A stretch of 64,000 nucleotides of DNA from Candidatus Melainabacteria bacterium 17Bon1m. GTDB lineage: Bacteria; Cyanobacteriota; Vampirovibrionia; Obscuribacterales; Obscuribacteraceae. Positions 1 to 8,609 of the stretch are shown in pieces. Numbering within the stretch: the stretch's first letter is position 1; each line of letters opens with the position of its first letter. The position numbers and the translations under genes were made by a program. The stretch spans positions 512,001 through 576,000 of the forward strand of contig JAVLKG010000004.1 of the NCBI GenBank assembly GCA_032128875.1. The letters are read 5' to 3'. Under the pieces are notes generated by a model that searched no databases, was not told the origin of the DNA, and worked only from the letters and a program-made list of their open reading frames with translations.

Positions 1-756
1 CTTGTGGCGCTTGTCCATGCGCCGGTTGTAGATTTTGGTCAAAACCTCAAGCACATTCCTGATGAGGCAGAGCTGGCGCGCTTCTTGACAAACAGGCAGC
101 AAATGATTATGGCTCGCCAAAAGCAAATCGTTACTGCCATCGCCAGCAAAGAAGCCGTGCGCGAGTCATTCTTGAAAGTTTCTGCCGAGAAGCCGTGGAC
201 AAAACTCTCGCAGATACTGCAATCTAGCGGTGTCTGGGAAGTCCGAACATTGCGCTTTACTCAAAAACTGGTCGAGAAATTTCCGGCATTGAGCCGCGAT
301 CGTATCAGACACGAGATAAAGAAAGCCGGTGAAGAATTTGGCGGTCAGCCGGAGACGCCTGAATTTAGACGTGAATTGATCAAGCGTTTGACGAAGCTGG
401 AAGTTGAAGAGCGTTTAAAAACCGCAGCACCAGCCAAAGTAAAGCAAATTATTGACGCCGTAGTCAGTGGGCAGAGCGCGAAAGATGCAGTTAGCGCAAT
501 AGTTTCAAATAAAGTTGCTGTGGCGATTGCTGTTTCTATTAAGGAGCAGCGCAGCGCCATCGCCGATTTCTGCCACGCTTCGGCCGAAGAAATCGGACTC
601 GCTTTTGGCAAACTGGCTCTTCAACCAGCATATTCAACGCATAGCTTCGATCCCGAACAGGGCATGGAAGCAATTAATGAAGCTCTGGCACTCTTGGAAG
701 CCGGTCAGATTGCAGAACAAGCAGAAGACTTGGATATAGATCTGGCATCAAGCTAA
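1..756 (+). CDS. Hypothetical alpha-helical protein, probably 5'-truncated by the window edge
   Basis: Frame is open from base 1 to TAA at 754-756. Charged, Ala-rich helical composition; no recognisable motif. Confidence 0.7.
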   Translation, partial: LVALVHAPVVDFGQNLKHIPDEAELARFLTNRQQMIMARQKQIVTAIASKEAVRESFLKVSAEKPWTKLSQILQSSGVWEVRTLRFTQKLVEKFPALSRDRIRHEIKKAGEEFGGQPETPEFRRELIKRLTKLEVEERLKTAAPAKVKQIIDAVVSGQSAKDAVSAIVSNKVAVAIAVSIKEQRSAIADFCHASAEEIGLAFGKLALQPAYSTHSFDPEQGMEAINEALALLEAGQIAEQAEDLDIDLASS

Positions 757-761
757 GACCT

Positions 762-770
762 TGGTACAAT
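762..770 (+). promoter_or_regulatory. Extended -10 element (TGgTACAAT), possibly driving a leaderless transcript of 777..1526
   Basis: TG-n-TACAAT ends 6 nt before the ATG at 777, with no Shine-Dalgarno in between. Confidence 0.4.
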
Positions 771-776
771 CGCTAC

Positions 777-1526
777 ATGTCTCGTGGCGCCAATACAACA
801 ACTAACTGTCCGGCTTGCAAAAAGCAGAATGACGGGTCCATGCATTTCTGCATTTTTTGCGGAACGGTGCTTAACGCGGCTAAAGCCAAACGCGCCGATA
901 GGACCTGTGTCAGTTGCGGCCGCTTTGATGAGCTGAATGACAGTTTTTGCATCCATTGCGGAGCTAATACTTCGCAAGGAGTCTCACGCGATTCTATTGA
1001 AATTAGCAATTTAAGAGACGCCAAGCATACGCCTGTGATGTCCACAACGCGCCCGCCTGCTGTGCAGAGCGTAACCAGAAATCGCGTTAAGGCAGTGAGC
1101 GCTCAGGTTGCTCAAGATCGCCTTCGCGCACAAGAAAAGTCTGCAAAAAAATCCGGTGGCACAGTTGTCTGGGCTTGTGCCGGGGCCGTTCTTGGTCTTG
1201 TGCTTGCAGGTTTGGCTTTTCAGTCCGGAGCGCTAGTACAGGCTGCTCGTTTTTGCTTGCCGGGACAGGGCTTGGCGATTTACACAGAAATGCCGGGAAT
1301 GACGGTATTGATTGAAAGTCTTGAGGGCAAAGACTTTATCATTGGCGAAACCAGCTCAAAAGGAACGCTTGTAGTCGACAATCTGTTGAATGAAAAGAGT
1401 TACCGGTTGCGCATGGAAGGACATGGATTCGAAACCGTTTACTTTGCACCTTTTAAATTTGACGCGACGCATGCCTCAATTCTCGGTTATCCAAAGAAGA
1501 TCTCTTTACCACCTCGACATATTTGA
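777..1526 (+). CDS. Double zinc-ribbon membrane protein with a C-terminal beta-rich (PEGA-like) domain
   Basis: CPAC..FCIFCG and CVSC..FCIHCG motifs, then one TM (VVWACAGAVLGLVLAGLAF), then a beta-rich C-terminus (YRLRMEGHGF). Confidence 0.8.
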   Translation: MSRGANTTTNCPACKKQNDGSMHFCIFCGTVLNAAKAKRADRTCVSCGRFDELNDSFCIHCGANTSQGVSRDSIEISNLRDAKHTPVMSTTRPPAVQSVTRNRVKAVSAQVAQDRLRAQEKSAKKSGGTVVWACAGAVLGLVLAGLAFQSGALVQAARFCLPGQGLAIYTEMPGMTVLIESLEGKDFIIGETSSKGTLVVDNLLNEKSYRLRMEGHGFETVYFAPFKFDATHASILGYPKKISLPPRHI

Positions 1527-1592
1527 CCGATATTGCATCTGGCAAATGTTTGCAATTAAGGGAAAATACATAGGAGAGGGAGTTTTTTTCAT

Positions 1593-2951
1593 ATGAAAGG
1601 GTCGGGTCAGGCCGAAAACGCAAAGGTGTGCGCGAGTTGCAAGCGCGCATTGCCTTTTGGCGCCAAGTTTTGTGGTTTTGATGGAACAAGGGTCGACGAT
1701 CTGGCGGAAAACAAAGGCAATGGCACTATAGGCAAACAATGCGCTAAGTGTGGCAAGCAATATCCAGCCTATGCACAGTTTTGCCCGGCGGATGCCTCAA
1801 AGTTAGTAGAAATAAGGTTTGATGCTGGCGAAATTAAACCATCGCCATTTGCAGCTCCGGCCGGTTTTGCACCTCCCCAAGCACCTAGATCGGCTCCTGA
1901 GCCTGTTTCACCAATGTCAGCTTCGCAAGTGCCGACAACACCTGCAGATTTGACCGATACAGCTCCGCCCATTGATGAAGAGCTGGCGCGCTCCGGCGAT
2001 TTCGGGCGCAATCAGGGTGAGCCTCGCAAGCCCACTCAGATGGCAGAGACCTTTGACGATGAAAATACCGGTCTTTTCCATAACTTGATTGGCAAGAAAA
2101 TCGAGGGTAAATACGAAGTTCAGTCCATTCTCGGCGAAGGCGGCATGGCCATCGTCTACAAGGCTTATCACACCAAAATGGAACGCCTGGTTGTGATCAA
2201 GGTCATGCAAGGCTGGCTTTTGTCTAACAAGAATGCCGTTGAGCGTTTTGAGCGCGAGAGTAAAACAACGGCCAAACTCGCTCACCCAAATATAGTCACT
2301 GTTTTCGATTACGGTGTACTGAACGAAAAAGAACCCTATCTTGTGATGGAATACATCAAAGGGGAGTCTCTGGGAGATAAGATCGCGCGTCAGGGAGCTC
2401 TTCCGTTTGCTACCGCTGCCGGTATCATTATCCAGATTTGCCGGGGGCTGCAAGAAGCGCACAGCGTCGGGATCATCCATCGGGATTTGAAGCCAGACAA
2501 TATACTTTTGCAAGATCGCAGTGACAGACCCGATTGGGTCAAAATCGTTGACTTTGGTATTTCCCATCTGGTTCAGGGAGCAAAGCGTCTAACGAAAACC
2601 GGCAAAATGGTTGGTACTCCGGAGTATATTGCACCAGAACAGTTGAAAGACAAGCCTTTAGACATAAGGACCGACCTCTATGCATTGGGCATTATTCTGT
2701 ATGAAACTCTGACTGGAAGAGTTCCATTCGAAGGGGAGAGTGCCGAGGGAATTTTGATGAAGCATTTGCTCGAGCCGCCTCCGCCATTGTCGTTTCATAA
2801 TGATGACTTTGCTGAAGGCACGCCTTTTGATGCAATTATTGCCAAGGCTCTCAGAAAAGAACCCGACGAACGTTACCAAACCGCAACAGAATTTCGCTTA
2901 GACGTCGAGGAGGCTCTCAACAAGGTATTGTTAAAACGCAACTCCAAGTGA
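1593..2951 (+). CDS. Soluble Ser/Thr protein kinase with two N-terminal zinc ribbons
   Basis: CASC..FCGFD and CAKC..FCPAD ribbons, Pro-rich linker, then LGEGGMAIVY, VVIK, HRDLKPDN, DFG and GTPEYIAPE. Confidence 0.95.
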   Translation: MKGSGQAENAKVCASCKRALPFGAKFCGFDGTRVDDLAENKGNGTIGKQCAKCGKQYPAYAQFCPADASKLVEIRFDAGEIKPSPFAAPAGFAPPQAPRSAPEPVSPMSASQVPTTPADLTDTAPPIDEELARSGDFGRNQGEPRKPTQMAETFDDENTGLFHNLIGKKIEGKYEVQSILGEGGMAIVYKAYHTKMERLVVIKVMQGWLLSNKNAVERFERESKTTAKLAHPNIVTVFDYGVLNEKEPYLVMEYIKGESLGDKIARQGALPFATAAGIIIQICRGLQEAHSVGIIHRDLKPDNILLQDRSDRPDWVKIVDFGISHLVQGAKRLTKTGKMVGTPEYIAPEQLKDKPLDIRTDLYALGIILYETLTGRVPFEGESAEGILMKHLLEPPPPLSFHNDDFAEGTPFDAIIAKALRKEPDERYQTATEFRLDVEEALNKVLLKRNSK

Positions 2952-2983
2952 TGCTTTCAAAGCGGTAGTTAATAGAGGGAAGG

Positions 2984-3373
2984 ATGACAAGAGAGACCGG
3001 CAGGCCAACAAGAGATGAAGACGGTGCGGCAATTCCGCCGTCGGCGTTGCCAACCCTATCTTCCGGTTCGGATTTGTCCGCCAGGCAACATTTTGAAAAA
3101 GGCTACCAAGAACACCTTTCCGGTCGGCTTGAGGAGGCAATCGTCTGTTACCAGAAGGCGATAGACGCCAAATCAATGTACGAAGCTTTTTTCAACATGG
3201 GGCTTTGCCTGAGAATGGTCGGGCGGCTAACCGAAGCGGAAGCGGCACTCGCTCGTTCGGCCAGCTTGAACCGTCTGTACCGTCCTGCATACAAAGTTCT
3301 GAGTGAAGTGCAAAAAGCGCTGGGTAAAGAAAACGAAGCTCAAGTTTCCTGGTCGCAGTACTCGCGTCTTTAG
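2984..3373 (+). CDS. Small TPR protein
   Basis: About three TPR-like units (GRLEEAIVCYQKAI, FFNMGLCL..GRLTEAEAALARS, AYKVLSEV..LGKENEA). GAGG RBS upstream. Confidence 0.85.
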   Translation: MTRETGRPTRDEDGAAIPPSALPTLSSGSDLSARQHFEKGYQEHLSGRLEEAIVCYQKAIDAKSMYEAFFNMGLCLRMVGRLTEAEAALARSASLNRLYRPAYKVLSEVQKALGKENEAQVSWSQYSRL

Positions 3374-3425
3374 GCGAAGGCCTATCCCCATCGACAAAAT
3401 TTCCGCCCCCGAACGTAGGGGTTTG

Positions 3426-3490
3426 GAAAAAAGGTCGTTAACGGTCTTTTTTCTGGCATTTGGAAAAAAGACCGTTAACGACCTTTTTTC
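3426..3490. repeat. Inverted doublet of a 28-bp REP-like palindrome between convergent genes; likely also a bidirectional terminator
   Basis: gaaaaaaggtcgttaacggtcttttttc (3426-3453) and its exact reverse complement (3463-3490), 9-nt spacer. Confidence 0.9.
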
Positions 3491-3532
3491 TACGACCTAG
3501 ATTTGATGATTTAGTAAATTTGAAGCGGGGCG

Positions 3533-4474
3533 CTAACTAATTGATGTAGCCGCCGACATGGCGTTTACTGGTACGTCAGCCACATTTAACCGAGGCAAGC
3601 GCTCAGCCGATTCAAGAATCCCTGTGATCAGGCGTGGAAGAACGCCCAATTCCTTTTTAACTGTCTTATTGGAGTCGTGTGTAATTTCGGCGCTTACTTC
3701 ATCAAGGAGTTTTTGCATTCTTGCTTCCTTCATTGAACATTGTTCTTGAGCGTAAAGCTGACAGTCCTGCACGGTCACTTTGACGCTTTGTGGTGTGCGA
3801 CAGGATTCGAAAAGTGCTGCAGTGTTTTCTGTGCTTGGAGTCGTCAAAGTCCACGCGAATGTATTGACGCTAAAACCGTTTTCGACTCTGCGCAAAAGAC
3901 GCTCAGCCATAAGAATTGCCTCTGCTCTTGCAGCAAGGATGCTGGTTGAGGCATTGAAGCGATTGTCGGAGGCTGTGACAAAATCTCTTCCCGTCCCGCA
4001 ATGCTTCATTAGCAATGAATATGCGGTTCTTCTGACTTCACGCTCGACGGCGGGCACTCTGTCTAAAGTGACGGTCTGGAATTCATAGTCTACCGGACTG
4101 GGGACATGAGCTGTTTCAGGAAGTGTGCTCTCTCTGGTGACTCTGTGCTTCTCTACCTTCTGAAGGAAGAGTTTCAATGCTTCATCGGGCTTTTTGATGG
4201 GGCGTAGCTGTAATGTCGGAGCCGAACGACTTTCCCATTGTGTTGGCTGTTCTTCGTCCAACTTCGAGATCAACGCTGCTACGGATACAAGTGCTGAGCC
4301 TAAGGGTTTCTTGCCATGACGACCCTTGCCCAAGGTCTTTGCGTGAACAGAGTCGTCAGTTTGTGCTTCAACCTTCGGTTTAAAGCAATCGTAGCTCTCT
4401 AGAGCTGATATGCGAGCGGCTGCAAGATTTGCGCTGGTAAACATAGAATCTGGTCCGTAGTAAGCGGATTTCAA
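3533..4474 (-). CDS. Hypothetical protein
   Basis: 313-aa ORF filling the gap between flanking features; no motif recognised; TTG start uncertain. Confidence 0.6.
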   Translation of the reverse strand: MKSAYYGPDSMFTSANLAAARISALESYDCFKPKVEAQTDDSVHAKTLGKGRHGKKPLGSALVSVAALISKLDEEQPTQWESRSAPTLQLRPIKKPDEALKLFLQKVEKHRVTRESTLPETAHVPSPVDYEFQTVTLDRVPAVEREVRRTAYSLLMKHCGTGRDFVTASDNRFNASTSILAARAEAILMAERLLRRVENGFSVNTFAWTLTTPSTENTAALFESCRTPQSVKVTVQDCQLYAQEQCSMKEARMQKLLDEVSAEITHDSNKTVKKELGVLPRLITGILESAERLPRLNVADVPVNAMSAATSIS

Positions 4475-4644
4475 TTGGGTATCCCCAATTTAGGATAAAC
4501 AGCGTGAACTTCTCGTAAACAACCCGATTATCCAGAAAAATAATTGCAAAGGCATTTCGATACTCGGCGCGCACTTGAATCGTGCAGAACAGAGTGCATA
4601 TAACACTTTCTGGTTTTGGCTGCTTGCAAAATGCTGAACCTAAG

Positions 4645-5328
4645 CTAACTGGGAGCGCCCCAAACCATTTGCAGTTCTGAAAGCTGCCGCTTTAGCTCGT
4701 TTTTCAAACGTTTGTCGCTCGTGCCATTCGCCTCTGAGCAAATCTGCCACCATCGGCGGTGAGCTATTTTCTTCGACTTGATCGCTTCGTCTTCGCAGAG
4801 CGCAAAAAGGCGGTCCAGCAATTTTCTTGCTTCCGCTTCTTCATCTTCGGTTTCGTAGGTCCTGAGTTGACTGAAAAAGCTCTCGAAATCTTCAGGTCTG
4901 GTTGTACTGCGATTGTCCGCCAGGCACCAGCGAAGACTTAGAGCAATCGCGGGATGAACTCGTCGTAATTCGGCTCTGTACACATCTGAGCGGCGATTAG
5001 CCTGCTCAGGGTAGAACTCGACAGTGCCCGAATTGGGCCAGGGTGCCGCCGAGTCCCTGGGCACTTCGCTGCCTTCTTCATAAATAAGGAAATAGCCCGG
5101 AAAAGATGCAATCAGTAAATTGAACAGATCGTCGCGCAGGTGGCACCAGGCATCCGGAGATAAATGATGACTGAGAACGCTTGCCGCGCCTGCAAAGGCG
5201 GTGTCGATAGTCTTAATCGATTCGAGCACTCTGTGCAAATTAGGCTGCTCACCAGAACTGCGCAAATGACGCCAATAAGCGCTTATATCCTCAAGCGTCA
5301 TTGTGTTTCGTCTTTCACTGCTAGTCAT
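4645..5328 (-). CDS. Hypothetical protein
   Basis: 227-aa ORF with ATG preceded by GGAGG on the minus strand; globular composition. Confidence 0.8.
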   Translation of the reverse strand: MTSSERRNTMTLEDISAYWRHLRSSGEQPNLHRVLESIKTIDTAFAGAASVLSHHLSPDAWCHLRDDLFNLLIASFPGYFLIYEEGSEVPRDSAAPWPNSGTVEFYPEQANRRSDVYRAELRRVHPAIALSLRWCLADNRSTTRPEDFESFFSQLRTYETEDEEAEARKLLDRLFALCEDEAIKSKKIAHRRWWQICSEANGTSDKRLKNELKRQLSELQMVWGAPS

Positions 5329-5472
5329 AGTAAAAGCCTCCAGACCCCCACAATATTTACCCTTTACAAGCCTTCGCCAAACCTATAAATAGGTTTCAGC
5401 ACATCCTTGAGAGGGCACGGCGGACCAGAAAGCCTCACCCCTGCCTATTTATTTTCAGGCTAGCAGTGGCTG

Positions 5473-5500
5473 GAAAAAAGACCGTTAACGGTCTTTTTTC
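5473..5500. repeat. 28-bp REP-like palindrome (perfect), downstream of the kdpE-like gene
   Basis: gaaaaaagaccgttaacggtcttttttc is its own reverse complement and matches the family at 3426, 3463, 10949 and 36385. Confidence 0.9.
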
Positions 5501-5558
5501 ATTGGCATTATCTACCAGCGGCTTGAAGGTGTTAGCCGGGTGAGCCGGCAGCGACGGG

Positions 5559-6242
5559 TTATTGGTCGACTCGGAATCTGTATCCAATACGCATTTCAGT
5601 GTGAATTAGACGCGGCCGTTCCGGGTGAGTTTCGATCTTGTTTCTCAGATTGGCGATGTGCACTCTTAACGTATGGTGATCTTCGCTGTACTCCGGTCCC
5701 CACACCTTTGTCAGCAATTGCCTGTGGGTGAGGACTCTGTTTGGCTGCAAAATCATGTATTTGAGCAGGTCGTACTCTTTAGGCGTGAGATGCACTTCCA
5801 TTTCGTCTATAGAAACCAATCTCTTCGCCATATCAACAAAAAGTCCCTGATATGAGAAAGTTGATTCTGCCTCTTTCTCTTCGCTGTTGGCACGGCGCAA
5901 TACCGCTCGCATGCGGGCAAGCAATTCTCCCAGACCAAAAGGTTTGATCAAATAGTCGTCCGCACCAAGATCTAGGGCTTTTATTTTTTCTTCTTCGCCC
6001 TCTCGAACCGTAAGAACGATGACAGGGATCTTCGACCATTCACGTAATTGCTTCAAAACGGTGAATCCATCTGTACCTGGAAGAGCCAAGTCCAAAATCA
6101 ATAAATCTGGAATTTTCAATGCAGCAACATCCAAGCCTTCCTCACCATTGGCTGCCAGCATTACTTCATAGCCGTTATGCTCCAGCCCCGCCCTTAATGC
6201 GCGCCTGATTTGTGGTTCGTCATCAATCACTAGAACTTTCAT
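5559..6242 (-). CDS. kdpE: KdpE-like OmpR-family response regulator
   Basis: Receiver domain (VLVIDDE, ILDLALP, ALDLGADDYLIKPF) and winged-helix (HLTPKEYDLL, VLTHRQLLTKVWGPEY, LRVHIANLRNKIE, IGYRF). Overlaps the upstream kinase gene. Confidence 0.85.
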   Translation of the reverse strand: MKVLVIDDEPQIRRALRAGLEHNGYEVMLAANGEEGLDVAALKIPDLLILDLALPGTDGFTVLKQLREWSKIPVIVLTVREGEEEKIKALDLGADDYLIKPFGLGELLARMRAVLRRANSEEKEAESTFSYQGLFVDMAKRLVSIDEMEVHLTPKEYDLLKYMILQPNRVLTHRQLLTKVWGPEYSEDHHTLRVHIANLRNKIETHPERPRLIHTEMRIGYRFRVDQ

Positions 6243-7812
6243 TTTCGATACCGCTTTGCTTATTGGGTGATTCGCTTACATAATCCAAGTTCATTTGAAA
6301 AACAGCACCGCCACCTTCTCTTTGATAGGCGGTCAGCTGCCCTCCATTAGCTTCAACAAGACCTTTGCAGACTGCCAGTCCAATACCAAGACCCGGAATA
6401 TTGCTTTCGACTAAAGGCTCTGCTCGATAGAACTTCTCAAAAATTCGCATCTCCTCACCTTTGGGAAGTCCATCTCCTCTGTCGAGAATTTTGAATTGGA
6501 TTTGAGTATCGAGACTCTCCAATTCGACTTCAACCGGTTTGTTGGAAGGTGAGTATTTGAGCGCGTTTTCTAATAGATTGTGCAAGACTTGTTCGATTTG
6601 GACTGGGTCTACAAAAATGTCTTTGTGTTCTTCGTCGAGCTTTAGTTTGATACGCTCGTTCTCTTGGTCAGTGAACGAACTGAGAACGGAGCTCAATATT
6701 TCGGAGACTGAAGTTGGCTCACGTCGCGGTTTCCACGCACCACCTTCTAACTTCGACAAATTGAGAATATTGCCGACTAATTTATTCAAGCGATCCGTTT
6801 CGAGATCTGCTGCTTCCAAAAGATTTTTCTTCATCTCCGGATCCCAGGGAGTCTCGCCGTCAAGAAGTGCACTGACAGAAGCTTTAATAGTTGTGAGCGG
6901 ACTTCTGAAATCATGTGACACCATGGCGAGAAGTGCAGTCTTTAATGAGTCTGCTTCGATTAGTGCACTTGCTTTCGATTCAGCTTTCAACAGCCGATCG
7001 CGCTCTAACAGCGCCGCTATGTGATTGACGAGAGATTCTACTAAGCGGTTTTCTTCATATTGAAGTGTGCGCTCAGGTCTAAGAGTAAGTATGACGCTGC
7101 CGAGTCTTGTCTCTTCAAGAAGTATGGGAAACGTCTGCAGCAACAGTGGCCCCGTTCGATTGCCGTCAGTCTCAGAGCCTCTGGAAAGCACTATCGTGTC
7201 CGGCATTTGATCGCCGTTCAATTTCAATGTGGCCGATTCTACAGGCTCAATATTGGAAATCAGCTCCATTACTTTGCTGAGCGCTTTTGCTCGCTCTGGC
7301 TCTGATGCGACAGCCCAGCTAGCTTCCGCCAGAATTTCCATTTCTTGTCGACGCAGTTCTGCTTCTTCTGCACGTGTCTTGAGCAAAGCTGTTAATTGAC
7401 CAATGACCAGAGCAGTTATTAAGAAGACCGCTAAAGCGATGCATTCAGAGCTGGCATCTAACTGAATCGGTTCGACAAGACAAAGGTTGAAGGCGATAAA
7501 TCCACAGATTGAAGATACTAAAGCGGGTATACGACCTAAATAGGATCCGCACAAAACAACGACGAGCAAATAAAGAAGAGAGACATTCACGAGTCTTGTC
7601 GAAACGTGCGAAACGGTGATCAGGCAGCTCATCAAGCCGATTCCGGCAATTGAAATCAGCGAAGCCCATGGCTCGCGCTGCCACAGTCGGTCTCTGCCGA
7701 CAGTCTTTGCTATGTTTCGTCCCTTGAATTTGTCAACACCGTGAGTTGTTGTCCTGACGGCGTTTTCGGAATCTTGACGGAAGCTTGATATGTCCAAGGC
7801 CATCTTTGACAC
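6223..7812 (-). CDS. KdpD-like membrane histidine kinase (DUF4118 4-TM + HisKA + HATPase), lacking the KdpD N-terminal and Usp domains
   Basis: Four TM helices (LLYLLVVVLCG, GFIAFNL, AVFLITALVIGQL), H-box SHDFRSPL, N-box NLLENALKY, DRGDG, GLGIGL. Start could be ATG 7803. Confidence 0.9.
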   Translation of the reverse strand: MSKMALDISSFRQDSENAVRTTTHGVDKFKGRNIAKTVGRDRLWQREPWASLISIAGIGLMSCLITVSHVSTRLVNVSLLYLLVVVLCGSYLGRIPALVSSICGFIAFNLCLVEPIQLDASSECIALAVFLITALVIGQLTALLKTRAEEAELRRQEMEILAEASWAVASEPERAKALSKVMELISNIEPVESATLKLNGDQMPDTIVLSRGSETDGNRTGPLLLQTFPILLEETRLGSVILTLRPERTLQYEENRLVESLVNHIAALLERDRLLKAESKASALIEADSLKTALLAMVSHDFRSPLTTIKASVSALLDGETPWDPEMKKNLLEAADLETDRLNKLVGNILNLSKLEGGAWKPRREPTSVSEILSSVLSSFTDQENERIKLKLDEEHKDIFVDPVQIEQVLHNLLENALKYSPSNKPVEVELESLDTQIQFKILDRGDGLPKGEEMRIFEKFYRAEPLVESNIPGLGIGLAVCKGLVEANGGQLTAYQREGGGAVFQMNLDYVSESPNKQSGIENESSSD

Positions 7813-7956
7813 CAGCTTGAAAGCCCCTGTGTAAATCTTATCGTGTCGGTGCTCAGTTGACCTGTACTAAGGCATGTTCAGGTTAACACGCAGAGCATTG
7901 GTGAGCAAACTATTCGATGCGATCAAAAACAATCCTCTAATAAATAGAAAGTTTGC

Positions 7957-7985
7957 AAAAACCACTTGCACGTACCTGCAAGTGG
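7957..7985 (-). terminator. Rho-independent terminator on the minus strand, ~145 nt upstream of the KdpD-like gene
   Basis: Perfect 9-bp stem ccacttgca/tgcaagtgg (7962-7970/7977-7985), followed by T5 on the minus strand (A5 at 7957-7961). Confidence 0.55.
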
Positions 7986-7992
7986 CGCACTC

Positions 7993-8076
7993 GGTCCCTG
8001 GGCTGGTTGGGAGTTTGTTTGAGAACTGAGTAGTTCCAAATCTCAAACTTATCTTCCAGCCAACTCCGGGGGGACC
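7993..8076. ncRNA. Candidate structured RNA: long interrupted hairpin of unknown family
   Basis: Nested helices found by hand: ggtccct/ggggacc, tggttgggag/cttccagcca (with G-U), gtttgaga/tctcaaac. No convincing CDS here. Confidence 0.35.
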
Positions 8077-8249
8077 AAACAAGCCTTGATCCGGTTGTCT
8101 AGAGGCAGGCAAATCAACACATGAAACACAGACTGGAAACCAGACATAAAAAGCCTGCATCTATGAAAGCTAGTGTTGAAGCTCTTCCTGAAGTGAAGGT
8201 ATGTCTTCCGGCGACTGGCTGCGTAAGGTTTACTAATCAAAGAAATTCT

Positions 8250-8456
8250 CACGACCAATTCTTGGCAGTTCTCTTTCACGGCACACTATGTCTTTTCCTT
8301 CTCGAGATGGGAATGACTGCAGCAAAACGCTTGAAAGACTTAAAGCAGTACGGCGCGGCCTTGTTTGCGTTTGGTTTGATTATCCGTAGCGTTATCGCAA
8401 TTCCAATTTATTTGGCAATCGCAGAGCAAGTTTTGAGAACTTATCCAGTGGTTTAA
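8250..8456 (+). pseudogene. Remnant of an SbtA-like (Sbt_1 family) sodium-dependent bicarbonate permease, within ORF 8121..8456
   Basis: LFHGTLCLFLLEMGMTAAKRLKDLKQYGAALFAFGLII resembles the family segment LFxGVLCLFLLEMGxxAARRLxDL..LxAFG, and VIAIPIYLAIA resembles the C-terminal IGIPLY helix. The N-terminal part and the intervening helices are missing. Confidence 0.65.
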
Positions 8457-8513
8457 GGGGACCCTCCACCGGCTGCTTTGCTAGACACAAGCTGCCATAG
8501 TCCCGACCCCAGG

Positions 8514-8547
8514 TCAGCAGGCGATCGCTTCGGCGGTCGCTTGTTGA
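8514..8547 (+). terminator. Stable hairpin with cUUCGg tetraloop downstream of the SbtA remnant
   Basis: tcagcaggcgatcgc-ttcg-gcggtcgcttgttga, 15-bp stem with G-U pairs; weak U tail. Confidence 0.45.
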
Positions 8548-8609
8548 TTAGGTGATGAAATTGCCTATGGTGGTAATAGATCAATGTAAGGATTGAGGAG
8601 GACTGCGCG

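Noticed and set aside
3426-3490. 28-bp repeats as a CRISPR array
   Set aside because: The copies are inverted with a 9-nt spacer, other copies are kilobases apart, and no cas genes are present.
8055-8080. c-di-AMP (ydaO) riboswitch suggested by cggggggacca near KdpD-like genes
   Set aside because: The motif is on the strand opposite the kinase gene and the other conserved ydaO segments are not found in order. Retained only as an unassigned structure.
7867-8279. Minus-strand ORFs 7867..8160 and 8049..8279 as real genes or type I toxins
   Set aside because: No RBS, no motif and no clean single TM helix; they overlap the hairpin and the SbtA remnant.
8457-8550. SRP (4.5S) RNA suggested by aagcagcc on the minus strand
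   Set aside because: The conserved CAGG-GNRA-loop helix that should precede AGCAG is missing.
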